From the IMG/VR virus record IMGVR_UViG_3300030419_000057, positions 1-60,885 of that record: DNA of 60,885 bases; one strand, given 5' to 3'. The stretch's first letter is position 1; the number at the start of each line of letters is the position of its first letter. The translations under genes were made by a program, and so were the position numbers. Shown piece by piece: positions 1-10,852 of this stretch. The DNA comes from a virus. Its lineage: Duplodnaviria; Caudoviricetes. Under the pieces are notes generated by a model. The model saw nothing but the letters and a program-made list of their open reading frames with translations, was not told the origin of the DNA and ran no database searches.

Positions 1-248
1 CATTTGAAATAGATGATGGTTCTAGAATTATGTTTATGGATCGTATGATCCCTGACTTTACTATGGATAATAGTGGTACACTTCAATTTAGTATTACTAC
101 TAAGCAATATCCAGCTAATACCTCAGTTACAAAAGGACCGTTTGAAATTACCCCTACAACACAAAAAGTCGATTTGAGAGCGAGAGGGAGGGAGGCTGCT
201 GTAAGAGTATCATGTGATACGGCTGGTACTTCTTGGAGGTATGGCTCT
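1..248. repeat. Terminal overlap, left copy (about 93% identical to 60638-60885)
   Basis: Direct comparison by eye: first 55 nt and last 48 nt identical, about 17 substitutions between; indicates a circular or permuted assembly. Confidence 0.95.
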
Positions 249-284
249 CTTCGGTTAGCAGTTCAACCAGATGGGATGCGATAA
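3..284 (+). CDS. C-terminal end of the tail protein that starts at 58765 (gene wraps the window ends)
   Basis: Reads FEIDDGSRIMFMDR...WRYGSLRLAVQPDGMR*, the same frame and peptide as the open frame running off the right end. Confidence 0.9.
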   Translation, partial: FEIDDGSRIMFMDRMIPDFTMDNSGTLQFSITTKQYPANTSVTKGPFEITPTTQKVDLRARGREAAVRVSCDTAGTSWRYGSLRLAVQPDGMR

Positions 285-559
285 TGGCAAGGTATCCAGA
301 AGTTTCAACATTTATAATGGTTGATTTGTCTAATGAAGAGAGTCGTACAATCTATAATGAAATGCAATTATGGAGTGGAGCATTAATTAATGAACTAGAT
401 ACTCGTGATACAGAAGTAGACGCAGCACCAGCTACTACAGTTTTAGCTGTAACAACTGTTACAAATATTGGTGCTCCTATTGCAGGTAATATAGCTTTCT
501 CTACTGGTGAAAGTAAATTTAAGGGATATGATGGAACTAACTGGCAGGATTTACACTAA
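284..559 (+). CDS. Small virion/tail-associated protein (likely start MARYPEV at 284)
   Basis: ATG overlaps upstream TAA; C-terminal KFKGYDGTNW motif typical of tail proteins. Confidence 0.6.
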   Translation: MARYPEVSTFIMVDLSNEESRTIYNEMQLWSGALINELDTRDTEVDAAPATTVLAVTTVTNIGAPIAGNIAFSTGESKFKGYDGTNWQDLH

Positions 560-777
560 TGGATATGAATGAATTTTATAAATTTTTAAATGAGAGTACT
601 TATATTAATAATATAAATACTGGACAAACAGTAGTTCCTGATATGTTTCAAGGTCAACAATCATTTCAACCAATGAAATCAGGTGGACAAGTTAAGACAA
701 ATGTTTATACTGAAGGTACAAAAGCACAATCAAATTATATGAACCCTGTAAAGTTAAAGGACGGAGAATGGAAATGA
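559..777 (+). CDS. Hypothetical protein with MKSGGQV motif
   Basis: Coupled ORF in the structural arm. Confidence 0.55.
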   Translation: MDMNEFYKFLNESTYINNINTGQTVVPDMFQGQQSFQPMKSGGQVKTNVYTEGTKAQSNYMNPVKLKDGEWK

Positions 778-1790
778 ATACACCACCTTTAGGACGTATG
801 GCACAAACAATGGGGCGTATGGGGCGTGGTGGAGATACTACGTTAGTCCATATGAACCCACAAGAAGTACAAGGATTAGCCTCATTAGGAGAACTTACTT
901 ATAATCCTGTAACAGGTTTACCTGAAGCATTTAATTTTAAGAATCTTCTTGGACCTATTGCAGGAATAGGTGGAGCTATGATGGGATTACCAACATGGCA
1001 AATAGCTGGCCTAACAGGTTTAGGTACAGCCGTAGCCGAAAAAGATTTAGGTAAAGGGTTGATGGCTGGTCTAACTTCTTTTGCTACTAATCAGTTAATG
1101 CAGGGTTTAACTGGTAAGGATATGGTAGCTAGTACAGTGCAAGGAAAAGAAAATGCATTAATGAGTCAGATGGGAGCAGCAGGAGATTTACCTCCTCCTC
1201 AAGGATTTATGGAAGCAGCTAAGAATATGGAAGCAATGAATCCGATTATGGCTGATACGGTAGGAAAAGAAGTAGGTATGGGATTAGCTGCTGCACCTGG
1301 AGGGCTAATGGCTGCAAGTGTTACTGAAGATGTAACAGAAGCACCAATGGATATTCAACGTAGGACAACTCCTCCTAGACAACAACAGCAATTAAACTTT
1401 CAACCTACTCAACCTCGTGAAGGAGAATCAACAGAAGAAATGGTAGCTAGGATTGGTAGAGGTGAGGATAGGTTCTTTGATATGAAAGGTTATGCTCCTG
1501 TTGCTGAAGGGGGTCAGTTAGAAGAAGCCTTTGAAGGAATGGTGGAAGGTGATGGACATGGTATGGAAGATAATCAAATGTTTAAAATAAAAGGTGGAGG
1601 TCTTGCTGCTTTGTCTCCTAAAGAGTATGTTGTACCTGCTGATGTAATGGCTGGATTAGGTAATGGTAATCCTGATAAAGGTGCTCATGCAATGGATGAT
1701 TTTATCTCTGACTTCCGTAAAGAAAAATATGGAAGGGATGAGCAACCTCCTGAGATGGATGGGAGGAAAACATTGGAGAGCCTTGCTTAA
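768..1790 (+). CDS. Putative internal virion protein
   Basis: Gly/Met-rich with GRGGDTTLVHMNPQE segment, hydrophobic Gly-rich helices and C-terminal LSPKEYVVPADV; upstream of ejection genes. Confidence 0.55.
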   Translation: MEMNTPPLGRMAQTMGRMGRGGDTTLVHMNPQEVQGLASLGELTYNPVTGLPEAFNFKNLLGPIAGIGGAMMGLPTWQIAGLTGLGTAVAEKDLGKGLMAGLTSFATNQLMQGLTGKDMVASTVQGKENALMSQMGAAGDLPPPQGFMEAAKNMEAMNPIMADTVGKEVGMGLAAAPGGLMAASVTEDVTEAPMDIQRRTTPPRQQQQLNFQPTQPREGESTEEMVARIGRGEDRFFDMKGYAPVAEGGQLEEAFEGMVEGDGHGMEDNQMFKIKGGGLAALSPKEYVVPADVMAGLGNGNPDKGAHAMDDFISDFRKEKYGRDEQPPEMDGRKTLESLA

Positions 1791-2269
1791 TGGTTATTAG
1801 AGAAGCTCAATTAGCTGATATATTTGAAATAACAAATATACTAATAGATGAGATGTATAAAGAAGTAGGAATAGGAAAACCTGTACGATCAAAGATTTTA
1901 GATTATGTAACTTTCTTATTTGAAAATGGTGCTTTATATGTAGCTCAAACTAATATTGTAAAAAGAGATGGTAGTGGTACAGAATTAGCAGGTATGGTAG
2001 GTGCTCATGTAACTCAATGGTGGTGGTCAGATCAAGATTTTTTATCAGAAGATTTTACATTTGTTAGAAAGAAATTTAGAAAAGGTAGACTCGCTTTAAA
2101 TCTAATGAAAAAATTAGATGCTCATGCAAAGAAATTAAATATACCTTTAGTAACAGGGGTATTTAATGACGTACAACACGAAAGAAAAAATAAATTATTC
2201 TCTAAGGTATTCCAACATTACGGTTATATTTATCTTGGTGGTGATTTAAAAGTGATAGGGAGAAAATAA
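1790..2269 (+). CDS. GNAT-fold acetyltransferase-like protein
   Basis: IREAQLAD start; FVRKKFRKGRLALNLMK resembles the GNAT acetyl-CoA-binding motif A. Confidence 0.65.
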   Translation: MVIREAQLADIFEITNILIDEMYKEVGIGKPVRSKILDYVTFLFENGALYVAQTNIVKRDGSGTELAGMVGAHVTQWWWSDQDFLSEDFTFVRKKFRKGRLALNLMKKLDAHAKKLNIPLVTGVFNDVQHERKNKLFSKVFQHYGYIYLGGDLKVIGRK

Positions 2270-4846
2270 ATGTGCGGTGGAAAAGGTGGAGGTGGAAAAC
2301 CTCAAGTTGCTGGAACTCAAGTTGTAGAACAACGTAGTGAATTTCCAGATGAGATAAAACCATTTATTACAGATATTCTAGAGAAAGCTCAAGCTAGGTT
2401 TAACCAACAAACTGAGAGTGGATATCCTGTATTTCCTGGGGGAGTTGAGGGACGATTAGCTCCTATGTCAGCAGAGCAAACAGAAGCTCTTGAAGGATAT
2501 CGTCAAGCTGGTAGATCAGGTATAGCTGGTACTGGTATGAGTTCTGCACGACCCTATTATGAGGCTGGCCTATCCGCACTAGGTTCCTCAATGGGAGCGT
2601 TTGGTCCTCAACAGGCACAGCAATATATGAATCCCTATCAGCAAGCTGTAGTTGATGTAGCTAAACGTGAAGCAATACGATCTGCACAACCTACATTTAG
2701 AAACATTGGAGATCGTGCAGAACAAACAGGAGCCTTTGGTGGTAGTAGACAGGCTATTGCTGAAGCAGAAGCTAATCGTAATCTCCAACAACAATTAGGA
2801 GATATACAGACACGAGGAATGCAACAGGCTTTTGAACAGGGTAGGGCTGCATTTGAGCAACAGAAAGCTAGAGAAGCTGCTGGTGCTGGACGTATGTTTG
2901 CTCAAGCTCCACAAGCCTTTAGACAGGGATTGGCTGAGATGGCTGCACTAGAGGGAGTGGGTAAGACTACTCGTGCAGAGGATCAACGTAAAAAGAATTT
3001 GCTATATGAACAATTCCAAGAAGAACAAATGTATCCTACTAAATCTCTGGCTGAGTATCAGTCTATTGTTAGAGGATTTCCGTACCAACCTTCTATGTAT
3101 AGAACAGAACAGAACCTTGCACCATCCCCAGGATTAGGACAACAACTGCTTGGTGGTCTTGGTACTGCTGCATCTATCTATGGGGGTATGGGTGGATTTA
3201 GTAAAGGTGGATTTGGTAGCTTTGGAGCAGCTTCAGGTGGACAGGTAGGTGGTCTTGCTAGTCTAGCTAATGGTGGGCAACTAGGGCTTCCTTCTGGAAT
3301 AGCTGATGTTAGAATGAAGCAAATGGTATCAGTAGGACTTGATCCTAATAATCCTGATGATGTAGCTTTAATTCAATCAGCCACATCCTTTGCTGATGTA
3401 GAAAGGATAGCAAGAGATAAAAAAGCAAGAGAAAAAAGTAATGTATTACAAGCTGATGATCAACCTGGACAAAAAAGTTTAGCTGAAATAGAAGCTGAAC
3501 AAAAAGCAGGAATTATAGGGGTAGATAAGTTTATAGCTGGTGAAGATAAAAAAGGACAGTTAGCAGGATTAGCTCAAAGAGGAGCTAGAACTAAAGGAGT
3601 AGATACTTTTACAGGAGCTTCTGGTGTAAGTAGTCTTATAGGTGGTGCTGCTGATGATCAGCTAGTAAGTAAAAAAGGAAAACCTATTACATTAGGAGAA
3701 GTAAGTGATGCCATTAGACCTAATCTAGATGTATTAAAAAAATTAAGAGATTTTACCCAAGAAGGTACGGATGTTGCTAATAGAAAAAGAACTTTAGCTA
3801 ATAAAATGTTAGATGTTAAAGGGCGTATAGCTAAAGAGAAAAAAGGAATTGATAGTGCTTATAGTCATTTAGAAGACTATTATAAAAACTTTGGAACTGA
3901 TTTAACTAAGTTTACTAATAAACAATTAGCTGATAATAAGGTATTTAAATCAGAAAGAGAAGCAGCTATTAATAAAAGAGCATCTGATAAACTAGCTAAA
4001 CTTGCTTCAATGGGTAAGGATGCTAAGAAAACAGGTGAGGAAAATGCTATGCAAAATTTATTCCTTAATATGCTCTTACCTATGTCTCTTCAAGCTGGAC
4101 AAGACCCACGAGGATTTATAGCTGGAGCTTTACAAGGTGGACAAGATAATATGAAAGCCTTTGTTGATCGTTATTCTGAACTAAAGGATAAGTATGCTAC
4201 TGGAAAAGAAAAGCGTGAACGTGAAGGAATGGATATCAGAGATAAACAACAAGCAGATATCTTTGATATGCAGGATAAGTTTAATACTAGAAGAGATCAA
4301 ATTGAAAGTCAAAGATTTAGACTACAAAAAGAAAACGATAGACTTACTGCGACAACTGGTAAGAGTAAACAGACTGAGAAAAATGCTGCTGAACTATCGG
4401 CATTAGCTAAAGAAGCTGAAGGTATAAATATGGTTGCTGGTGCTCTTGATGTAGAGATGAATGTCCATAAAGCAAAGATGGATATGGCTCAAGGGAGTAT
4501 TAAAGCTATTGCTACCTTAATGGATGCCTTTGGTTTAGATTCTTCTAGTTCTAAAATATCTAATAAATCTCCAACTGAACAAGAAAAACTTATGCTTAAA
4601 GGTATTGAAAAGAAATATGGATTTATGTTAGGGGATGATGGTAAATCATTATTTATTAATGGAGAACCTATATCAGAAGATAATGCTAAATTTCAAGAGA
4701 TGCTTAAAGAATTACAGGCAGCTAGTGTTAAGTTTAATAGTATTTTATCAGCAGCAGGTAATACCAGTTATCCTCAACAGATTCAAGCTCGTCTTGCTGT
4801 ACTAGGACAAACACCTAATGTAGCATGGACGACAACAAGACCATAA
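2270..4846 (+). CDS. DNA ejection / internal virion protein
   Basis: MCGG N-terminus, Gln/Ala-rich YMNPYQQAVVD and GAFGGSRQAIAEAE segments, long coiled coils. Confidence 0.65.
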   Translation: MCGGKGGGGKPQVAGTQVVEQRSEFPDEIKPFITDILEKAQARFNQQTESGYPVFPGGVEGRLAPMSAEQTEALEGYRQAGRSGIAGTGMSSARPYYEAGLSALGSSMGAFGPQQAQQYMNPYQQAVVDVAKREAIRSAQPTFRNIGDRAEQTGAFGGSRQAIAEAEANRNLQQQLGDIQTRGMQQAFEQGRAAFEQQKAREAAGAGRMFAQAPQAFRQGLAEMAALEGVGKTTRAEDQRKKNLLYEQFQEEQMYPTKSLAEYQSIVRGFPYQPSMYRTEQNLAPSPGLGQQLLGGLGTAASIYGGMGGFSKGGFGSFGAASGGQVGGLASLANGGQLGLPSGIADVRMKQMVSVGLDPNNPDDVALIQSATSFADVERIARDKKAREKSNVLQADDQPGQKSLAEIEAEQKAGIIGVDKFIAGEDKKGQLAGLAQRGARTKGVDTFTGASGVSSLIGGAADDQLVSKKGKPITLGEVSDAIRPNLDVLKKLRDFTQEGTDVANRKRTLANKMLDVKGRIAKEKKGIDSAYSHLEDYYKNFGTDLTKFTNKQLADNKVFKSEREAAINKRASDKLAKLASMGKDAKKTGEENAMQNLFLNMLLPMSLQAGQDPRGFIAGALQGGQDNMKAFVDRYSELKDKYATGKEKREREGMDIRDKQQADIFDMQDKFNTRRDQIESQRFRLQKENDRLTATTGKSKQTEKNAAELSALAKEAEGINMVAGALDVEMNVHKAKMDMAQGSIKAIATLMDAFGLDSSSSKISNKSPTEQEKLMLKGIEKKYGFMLGDDGKSLFINGEPISEDNAKFQEMLKELQAASVKFNSILSAAGNTSYPQQIQARLAVLGQTPNVAWTTTRP

Positions 4847-4861
4847 GGAAAGTATGTATAT

Positions 4862-7800
4862 ATGCCGACTTTAGAAATAGGAGAATTTAAAGGAGTTGAA
4901 TTAGATGATTCTTTCAATTCCTTAACTCCTGACCAACAACAAGAAACTGTAAATAGGATTCACCAGCAATTAAAAGCTGGTAAAACTACTGGTGGTTCTC
5001 TTGATGAAACTGTAACAGAAGAAACTGAGGTACAAGAAACTCAGACCCCTTCTTCTGTAACCCAACCTGTTACCCAACAACCTCAACAGCAAGAACCTCA
5101 AGAACAACCATCATTTACTATGGATGATCTTGATACAGATGAAGAGTGGATACAAGATGCTGCTACTATCTATGAGAATGAAGAGGGAGAAACATGGAAA
5201 GGTTCTAAGGTAGCATTAGCGGAATGGTTAAAGAATAGGCACTCTGAAATTGGATGGGATGTTACAAGTATAGGTTCTTTGGCTTTACGATCTGATGAAT
5301 TTGATGACGATACAAAAGCAGCATGGGTACGTAGTATGGATAAGTACGATAATACTGATGCTGATACTATGTCTTTCTTTAGAGCCTTAAAAAATTTAGG
5401 ACAAGACCCTACTACATGGGTTAGTCTTATAGGTACAGCAGGTATTGGTACGATTGGAAAAATGTTTGGAGGTAAGGCTGCTGGTATAGCTGCTAAATTT
5501 CAAATGAAAGAACAGTTAAAGAAAGCCTTAGTAAAGAGAGGTCTGACTGAGGAAGCAGCTAAAGAAGTAGCAGAAAAAGGAGCAACAAAAGGACTAGCAA
5601 AAGAAACTTTAGCAGGTGCTCGTAAGGAAGCTGCAATAAAATTAGGGAAAACTCAAGGTGTTACTGGTGCTATAGGTACAGGTATTTATAGTGGGGCTGA
5701 TGACTTAGCTAGACAGAAAGCAGATATTAATTTAGATAGAAGTGAAGATGAAGAGATAAATGCTACTCAATTTGTACTTGCTTCTGGTTTAGGGGGAGCA
5801 TTAGGTTTCGTAGGTGGTAGGTATATTCCTACACTAACAGAAAAATTAGGGCGTAAGAGAGCTTTAATGAAACAAGAAGCTCTTGATCAGGCTTATGCTG
5901 CTATGCCTGTGCAAGTTAGAGAAACTTCTGCTGTTTTAGAGACAATGGCTCCAGAAAGTAAAGCTCCTAGTCTAGCTGCTAAAGCTCAGACAGAGTTAGA
6001 AGTAGGAGGAACTATAGATATAGATGCTGCTGGTTCACGAGTAGCTACTAAAGCAGAACGAGAAGCAGTAAAAATTCCTAAAAAACCTACAGAAGAGAAA
6101 TGGGCTGAAATGTCTCTTGCCCGACAAAATGCATGGAATCAACGTAGAAAAATAGCAGAAGAAAAAAGAAATAATTTATCAGATGAAGAACTTATAGAAA
6201 ACTTTAGGGCATCAGATATTGAATTAAAAAGAACTGGTCCTTCTAGTTTCAGAGGAACTAAAATTATTGATAGTACATTTGATGTAGCTAAAACACCTGA
6301 AGGTAGAACCCTTGGTCAAAAACTTTTAGCTAAAGTTAAGAGGGGATTCTTTGATGATGCTGGTTTAGGAGATAAATTTAAACAATTACGTAGTAGATTA
6401 GATACTGCTCCTGCTGTTATGGAACGTAATATTATGCAACAATTTAATAAATTACAAAATGCTTTAGATAAAGAGTACACAGGAGGAGTGTCAGAAGTAA
6501 GTACAGACTTTTATAAAGTAATGGACGATGCATTTAGAGGGGATACTAATGCTATAAATGCAGTTCGCTCTGAAGCTGGTGAAGAAACTGTTGAAGCACT
6601 ACAAGGAATGAGAAATCAAATTCAATATATTCAAAAACAATTATTAGATAGTGGTGCTATTGAAAAAGAATCAGACTTATTTTTAAAAATACAAAAGTCT
6701 ATGGATGATACAGGTAAACCTGATCTATATGTGACCAGACAGTTTGAAGTATTTGATAATCCTAATTGGAGTGAGAAATTTAATGCCAATCCTAATTCTT
6801 TAAAAATTAAAGAAGTAATAGGACAGTATTTTCAAAATCAATTACGACAGAGATATAGAGACTATGATGAAGTTTACAGACAGATTGAGGACAGGGGGGA
6901 AGAATCTTTAAATAATGCCCAACGTCAACTACTACGAGATTTTGAAGACCCTGATACAGGAGAAATTTCTAATAGAATTACTAGATTATTAACTTTAAAT
7001 AACGAAGAAGATATAACTAATGTTTTTAGCCAGTGGGGTAAAATAGGTGGTAGAAATCCTACTAAAATTTTAACTCAACGACAGGATATTCCTGATGAAA
7101 TAAAATTATTAATGGGAGAATATAAGAATCCATTTACTAACTATGCTAATAGTGCAATGAAATTGTTTCAAACTTTAGAAACATATAACTATGAAAAAGA
7201 ATTAGCTAAGTTAATAGATGATGGGGAGATTGTAGGGGCAGGAAGAAGAGTAGCAGGAGATCGTAATGTAGCTTTACAAAGCCGTATACCTGATGTAAAG
7301 GGAGTACAAGGACCACTTGATCCTATTAAAGCAGACTCTCCATTTAAGCAGCCATTAGAGGATTTGTTTGCTACATCTGAGGTAGCCTCTGCTATTAAAC
7401 AAGGTAATGAAATAGCTCCCATACAGTTTAAACCCTTACAACAATATCTATTGTTACAAGGTCATACTCGTGCAGCTAAAACTGTATGGAGTCCAACAGC
7501 TATTGCTCGTAACTTCTTAGGTGCTGGCTGGATGTCTATGGGGGCAGGTTACTTTAGACCTGGAGCTATTAAAGGTATGACCGAAGTAGCTAGAGGATTA
7601 GCAAGTATGTCTGATGGAGAACTTCAAGATCAGATTGAAAAGGGAATAGCTTTGGGATATATACAAAGTGGTACAGATTTAGGAGCATTTAGAGGAGCTT
7701 TACGAGATGCTGGAGATGAAGCCTTTTGGGAATTTAATTCTCCTTTGTATAAAAATAAAAATGCTATTGTAGACAAAGCTAAAAGACTGAATACTAAGGC

Positions 7801-9301
7801 TGTAAAATTTTATCAATCAATGGATGATATGTGGAAACAGTTTGCTTTTGTAAATGAACGTATGAATTACGAACAAGTTCTACGAGATATGGGTGAAAAA
7901 CCTAATAGAGTAGTACGTAGATTTATGGGTGGTAGTGGTAAAGAAGTAGAGATTACTTTACTAGATGAGTATGCAGCCAAACAAGTAAATAACCATATGC
8001 AAAACTACGGTGGTGTACCACAGTTTGTAAGGGCTGCTCGTATGGCTCCTGCTGCTGACTTCCTTGCATTTACTACAGAGATTATCCGTACTCAAAAGAA
8101 TATTATTAAGAGTGCCTTCAGAGACATGAGAGAAGGCAGAGCTATGATGGCTAAAGGAGAACTTAATGATCTAGGGCAATTAAAAGGACAGGCTCAAGCT
8201 AAAGCTGGTGAGCGTAGGCTAGGTGCTATCATAGCTGCACAGTCTGCTGCTCCTGCATTAGCTACTACTTCTGCATTAGTTACAGGTATAGACCAGAAAG
8301 AAGAGGGGATGCCGTATACTGTGCGACAGGCTATGGCTAAGTTTGATCCTGACTTTGATCAAGGGGCTAGTTATATCTATCTTGGTAAGCCTGAGAATGG
8401 TACAGGTAAAAAAATTAATATAGATTACATTAACCCTTGGGCAAAGACACAGTTACCTATACGTGCTGCTATGGATGCTCTTAATAAAGGAGAGTATGTA
8501 GATGGAAAAATAGATGATGCTTTTGATGCAGCGGTATTAACACCATTGGCAGATACGTTTGGTCTTTCTATGTTATTTGAAGCTGGCTCCCACATATTTC
8601 AAAATGTAGATGAATATGGTAGACCTATCTTTGGTGAGACAGACACAAATTTACAAAAAGTTGGTAAGGGATTAGCAACTGTATGGGAAGCATTTGAGCC
8701 TGGGTTTGTAAAGACTGCTAAAGATATAGCTACATCTATGAATTTAGAAGGGAAGGACTATGGGGTAAGGAAAGGTAAGACAGGTACTCGTCTATATATT
8801 AACGATGAGTTAGCTGGTCTTACAGGTATTAAACCTAAGTACTATGATATTAATAAATCTCTACGTTTTCAGGCTAACGATATTAAAAGAAACATGGCTG
8901 ATGCTGGTAAAATATTCTCTAATGCTTTACAACAAATGCAACCACAAACAGAAGAAGACATTGTTGGGGCATATAAAGAAGCATTAGAAAAACAGTATGC
9001 CCAAGCTACTAAGATGTTTGATCTTATTACAGCAGCAAAAAGTACAGGTATGAAAAATAGTGATATTATAAAAGCTATAACTAGAGGAGGATTATTTCCT
9101 AAAGGTGCAGATAAAAGGATTATTACTAACATGGTAAACCGTGGTGTGTATATTCCTGAACCTCCTGTAAGGTCTGATGCTTTTAAGTATGGTATAATAA
9201 TTGAAAAAGAGACAGGTCAAAAACCTCCGCTTAGAGAGTCATTAAATAAATTACAGGAAGTATATAAGACATATGCTGGTTCTATAACAGGAGAAAGATA
9301 A
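4862..9301 (+). CDS. Large internal virion (ejection) protein, 1479 aa
   Basis: Size, helical composition and position after tail/ejection genes as in podoviruses. Confidence 0.6.
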   Translation: MPTLEIGEFKGVELDDSFNSLTPDQQQETVNRIHQQLKAGKTTGGSLDETVTEETEVQETQTPSSVTQPVTQQPQQQEPQEQPSFTMDDLDTDEEWIQDAATIYENEEGETWKGSKVALAEWLKNRHSEIGWDVTSIGSLALRSDEFDDDTKAAWVRSMDKYDNTDADTMSFFRALKNLGQDPTTWVSLIGTAGIGTIGKMFGGKAAGIAAKFQMKEQLKKALVKRGLTEEAAKEVAEKGATKGLAKETLAGARKEAAIKLGKTQGVTGAIGTGIYSGADDLARQKADINLDRSEDEEINATQFVLASGLGGALGFVGGRYIPTLTEKLGRKRALMKQEALDQAYAAMPVQVRETSAVLETMAPESKAPSLAAKAQTELEVGGTIDIDAAGSRVATKAEREAVKIPKKPTEEKWAEMSLARQNAWNQRRKIAEEKRNNLSDEELIENFRASDIELKRTGPSSFRGTKIIDSTFDVAKTPEGRTLGQKLLAKVKRGFFDDAGLGDKFKQLRSRLDTAPAVMERNIMQQFNKLQNALDKEYTGGVSEVSTDFYKVMDDAFRGDTNAINAVRSEAGEETVEALQGMRNQIQYIQKQLLDSGAIEKESDLFLKIQKSMDDTGKPDLYVTRQFEVFDNPNWSEKFNANPNSLKIKEVIGQYFQNQLRQRYRDYDEVYRQIEDRGEESLNNAQRQLLRDFEDPDTGEISNRITRLLTLNNEEDITNVFSQWGKIGGRNPTKILTQRQDIPDEIKLLMGEYKNPFTNYANSAMKLFQTLETYNYEKELAKLIDDGEIVGAGRRVAGDRNVALQSRIPDVKGVQGPLDPIKADSPFKQPLEDLFATSEVASAIKQGNEIAPIQFKPLQQYLLLQGHTRAAKTVWSPTAIARNFLGAGWMSMGAGYFRPGAIKGMTEVARGLASMSDGELQDQIEKGIALGYIQSGTDLGAFRGALRDAGDEAFWEFNSPLYKNKNAIVDKAKRLNTKAVKFYQSMDDMWKQFAFVNERMNYEQVLRDMGEKPNRVVRRFMGGSGKEVEITLLDEYAAKQVNNHMQNYGGVPQFVRAARMAPAADFLAFTTEIIRTQKNIIKSAFRDMREGRAMMAKGELNDLGQLKGQAQAKAGERRLGAIIAAQSAAPALATTSALVTGIDQKEEGMPYTVRQAMAKFDPDFDQGASYIYLGKPENGTGKKINIDYINPWAKTQLPIRAAMDALNKGEYVDGKIDDAFDAAVLTPLADTFGLSMLFEAGSHIFQNVDEYGRPIFGETDTNLQKVGKGLATVWEAFEPGFVKTAKDIATSMNLEGKDYGVRKGKTGTRLYINDELAGLTGIKPKYYDINKSLRFQANDIKRNMADAGKIFSNALQQMQPQTEEDIVGAYKEALEKQYAQATKMFDLITAAKSTGMKNSDIIKAITRGGLFPKGADKRIITNMVNRGVYIPEPPVRSDAFKYGIIIEKETGQKPPLRESLNKLQEVYKTYAGSITGER

Positions 9302-10446
9302 TGAGTACAGGTATTAGAAATGCTTTAATGGCTACCCCTATAGGACAGGCAGCTATTAAACAGTATGCTCAAGGTGGGGAAGTTGAGGCTGAACAAATAT
9401 TTGAGATGGCTCAAACAGGAGCTAGTATAGAGGATATCTTAGCTGGTAGGGCTAGATTTTTTACTACACCTCGTTACCGTCATGCTGAAGTTATCTCTGA
9501 TATATCTGACACACTAGGATTAGGTACTCCTATTAAAAAGAAACGAGAAGAAGAACCGTATCAAGATGATGCTGGTGGAAGTGTAGTTAATGAACCAGAA
9601 ACAGATGTGGCAGATGATCCTAACGATCCTGGAGGAGTTCCTGGAGGATTTCAAGGAGTTGGAGGAGAATATGGAGGTGGAGGTGGTACTGACTTTGGAG
9701 GAGGTACTAGAAAAGGAAGCGAGAACTTTGGGCCGACATTGGGGGATAGATTTCAATCTGCTGCAAGGTTTGCTAGTAATTTTTCTCCTATGTTTCAACT
9801 AGTTAAAGGGGTTGGTAATCTTATTTCACCTCCAGAAAGTAGAAGAGGATCATGGGATTTAAATAAAGATGGGTATGGATTAGAGCCAACACCTACTACT
9901 CAAACTCCTTCTACTACTCCAAGCAAAGTTAATGAACCAACAGTACCAACACCACTACAAGCAAGTATTACAAAAGATATAACTAATAAAACTAATAAAG
10001 GTGGAATAAAATCTCTTGTACCTCCAGATAAAGAAACAAAACCTTCTCAACCACAACAACCAATAACCCCATTACAGACCCCTTCCCAAATGTTTGGAGT
10101 TCCTAATACTGAGATAAGTGATGCTTTAAAGCAAGCAATAGATAACCGTTTCCAAAGTCTAAAGGAAACTGTAACTCCTAATTACCTAACTTTTCAAGCA
10201 ACAAAAACTCCAGAAGAGTTATATCAAAGAGGTCCAGTAACAGACTTTCAAACTTATGCAAATGATCCTTTTGAGGCTATGAGAGATATGGGTATAGACT
10301 ATAGTGATCTAGACATAGATGACCCAAGAGCTATTGATGTAGAATCACAGGTAGATACCTTTAGTGAGATGTCAGGAGTAATGGGAGGTGATGAAGCAGG
10401 AAGTATTGGTTCTGATATGGATAGTGATGCAGAGGGTTGGGAATAA
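9301..10446 (+). CDS. Low-complexity acidic protein with YAQGGEV motif
   Basis: Long ORF coupled to the upstream stop; P/T-rich middle, D/E-rich tail. Confidence 0.6.
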   Translation: MSTGIRNALMATPIGQAAIKQYAQGGEVEAEQIFEMAQTGASIEDILAGRARFFTTPRYRHAEVISDISDTLGLGTPIKKKREEEPYQDDAGGSVVNEPETDVADDPNDPGGVPGGFQGVGGEYGGGGGTDFGGGTRKGSENFGPTLGDRFQSAARFASNFSPMFQLVKGVGNLISPPESRRGSWDLNKDGYGLEPTPTTQTPSTTPSKVNEPTVPTPLQASITKDITNKTNKGGIKSLVPPDKETKPSQPQQPITPLQTPSQMFGVPNTEISDALKQAIDNRFQSLKETVTPNYLTFQATKTPEELYQRGPVTDFQTYANDPFEAMRDMGIDYSDLDIDDPRAIDVESQVDTFSEMSGVMGGDEAGSIGSDMDSDAEGWE

Positions 10447-10471
10447 ATAAACTATAACAAAGGAGAATAAA

Positions 10472-10852
10472 ATGGACTGGCAGTACTTTACTGAAGAAGA
10501 GATGGCCTGTAAGGGTACAGGTGAATGTGAGATGGAACCAGAGTTCATGGATAAGTTAATAGCTATCCGTGAACAAATAGGAAAGCCTATGATTATTACA
10601 TCTGGTTACAGACATCTAGCTCATAACTCCACTATTGGAGGAGCAAAGAACTCACCACATCTCTACGGTAGGGCAGTAGATGTAAAGGTAGCAGGTGGAG
10701 AGGCACTAGAACTAATAGAGGTAGCACTTCACTATGGTATGACAGGGATTGGTGTTAAGCAGAGAGGACCATATGATGCTAGGTTTATCCATATTGATGA
10801 TATGCCTGACTCTGATGACCATCCTAGACCGTGGATATGGAGTTACAAATGA
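10472..10852 (+). CDS. Peptidase M15A family endolysin
   Basis: ITSGYR, HN..IGGAKNSPHLYGRAVD and FIHID zinc-ligand motifs; SD AAGGAG. Confidence 0.88.
   Translation: MDWQYFTEEEMACKGTGECEMEPEFMDKLIAIREQIGKPMIITSGYRHLAHNSTIGGAKNSPHLYGRAVDVKVAGGEALELIEVALHYGMTGIGVKQRGPYDARFIHIDDMPDSDDHPRPWIWSYK

Noticed and set aside
1-248. Diversity-generating retroelement TR/VR pair
   Set aside because: Differences are not confined to adenines of one copy, are mostly synonymous, and no reverse transcriptase is present
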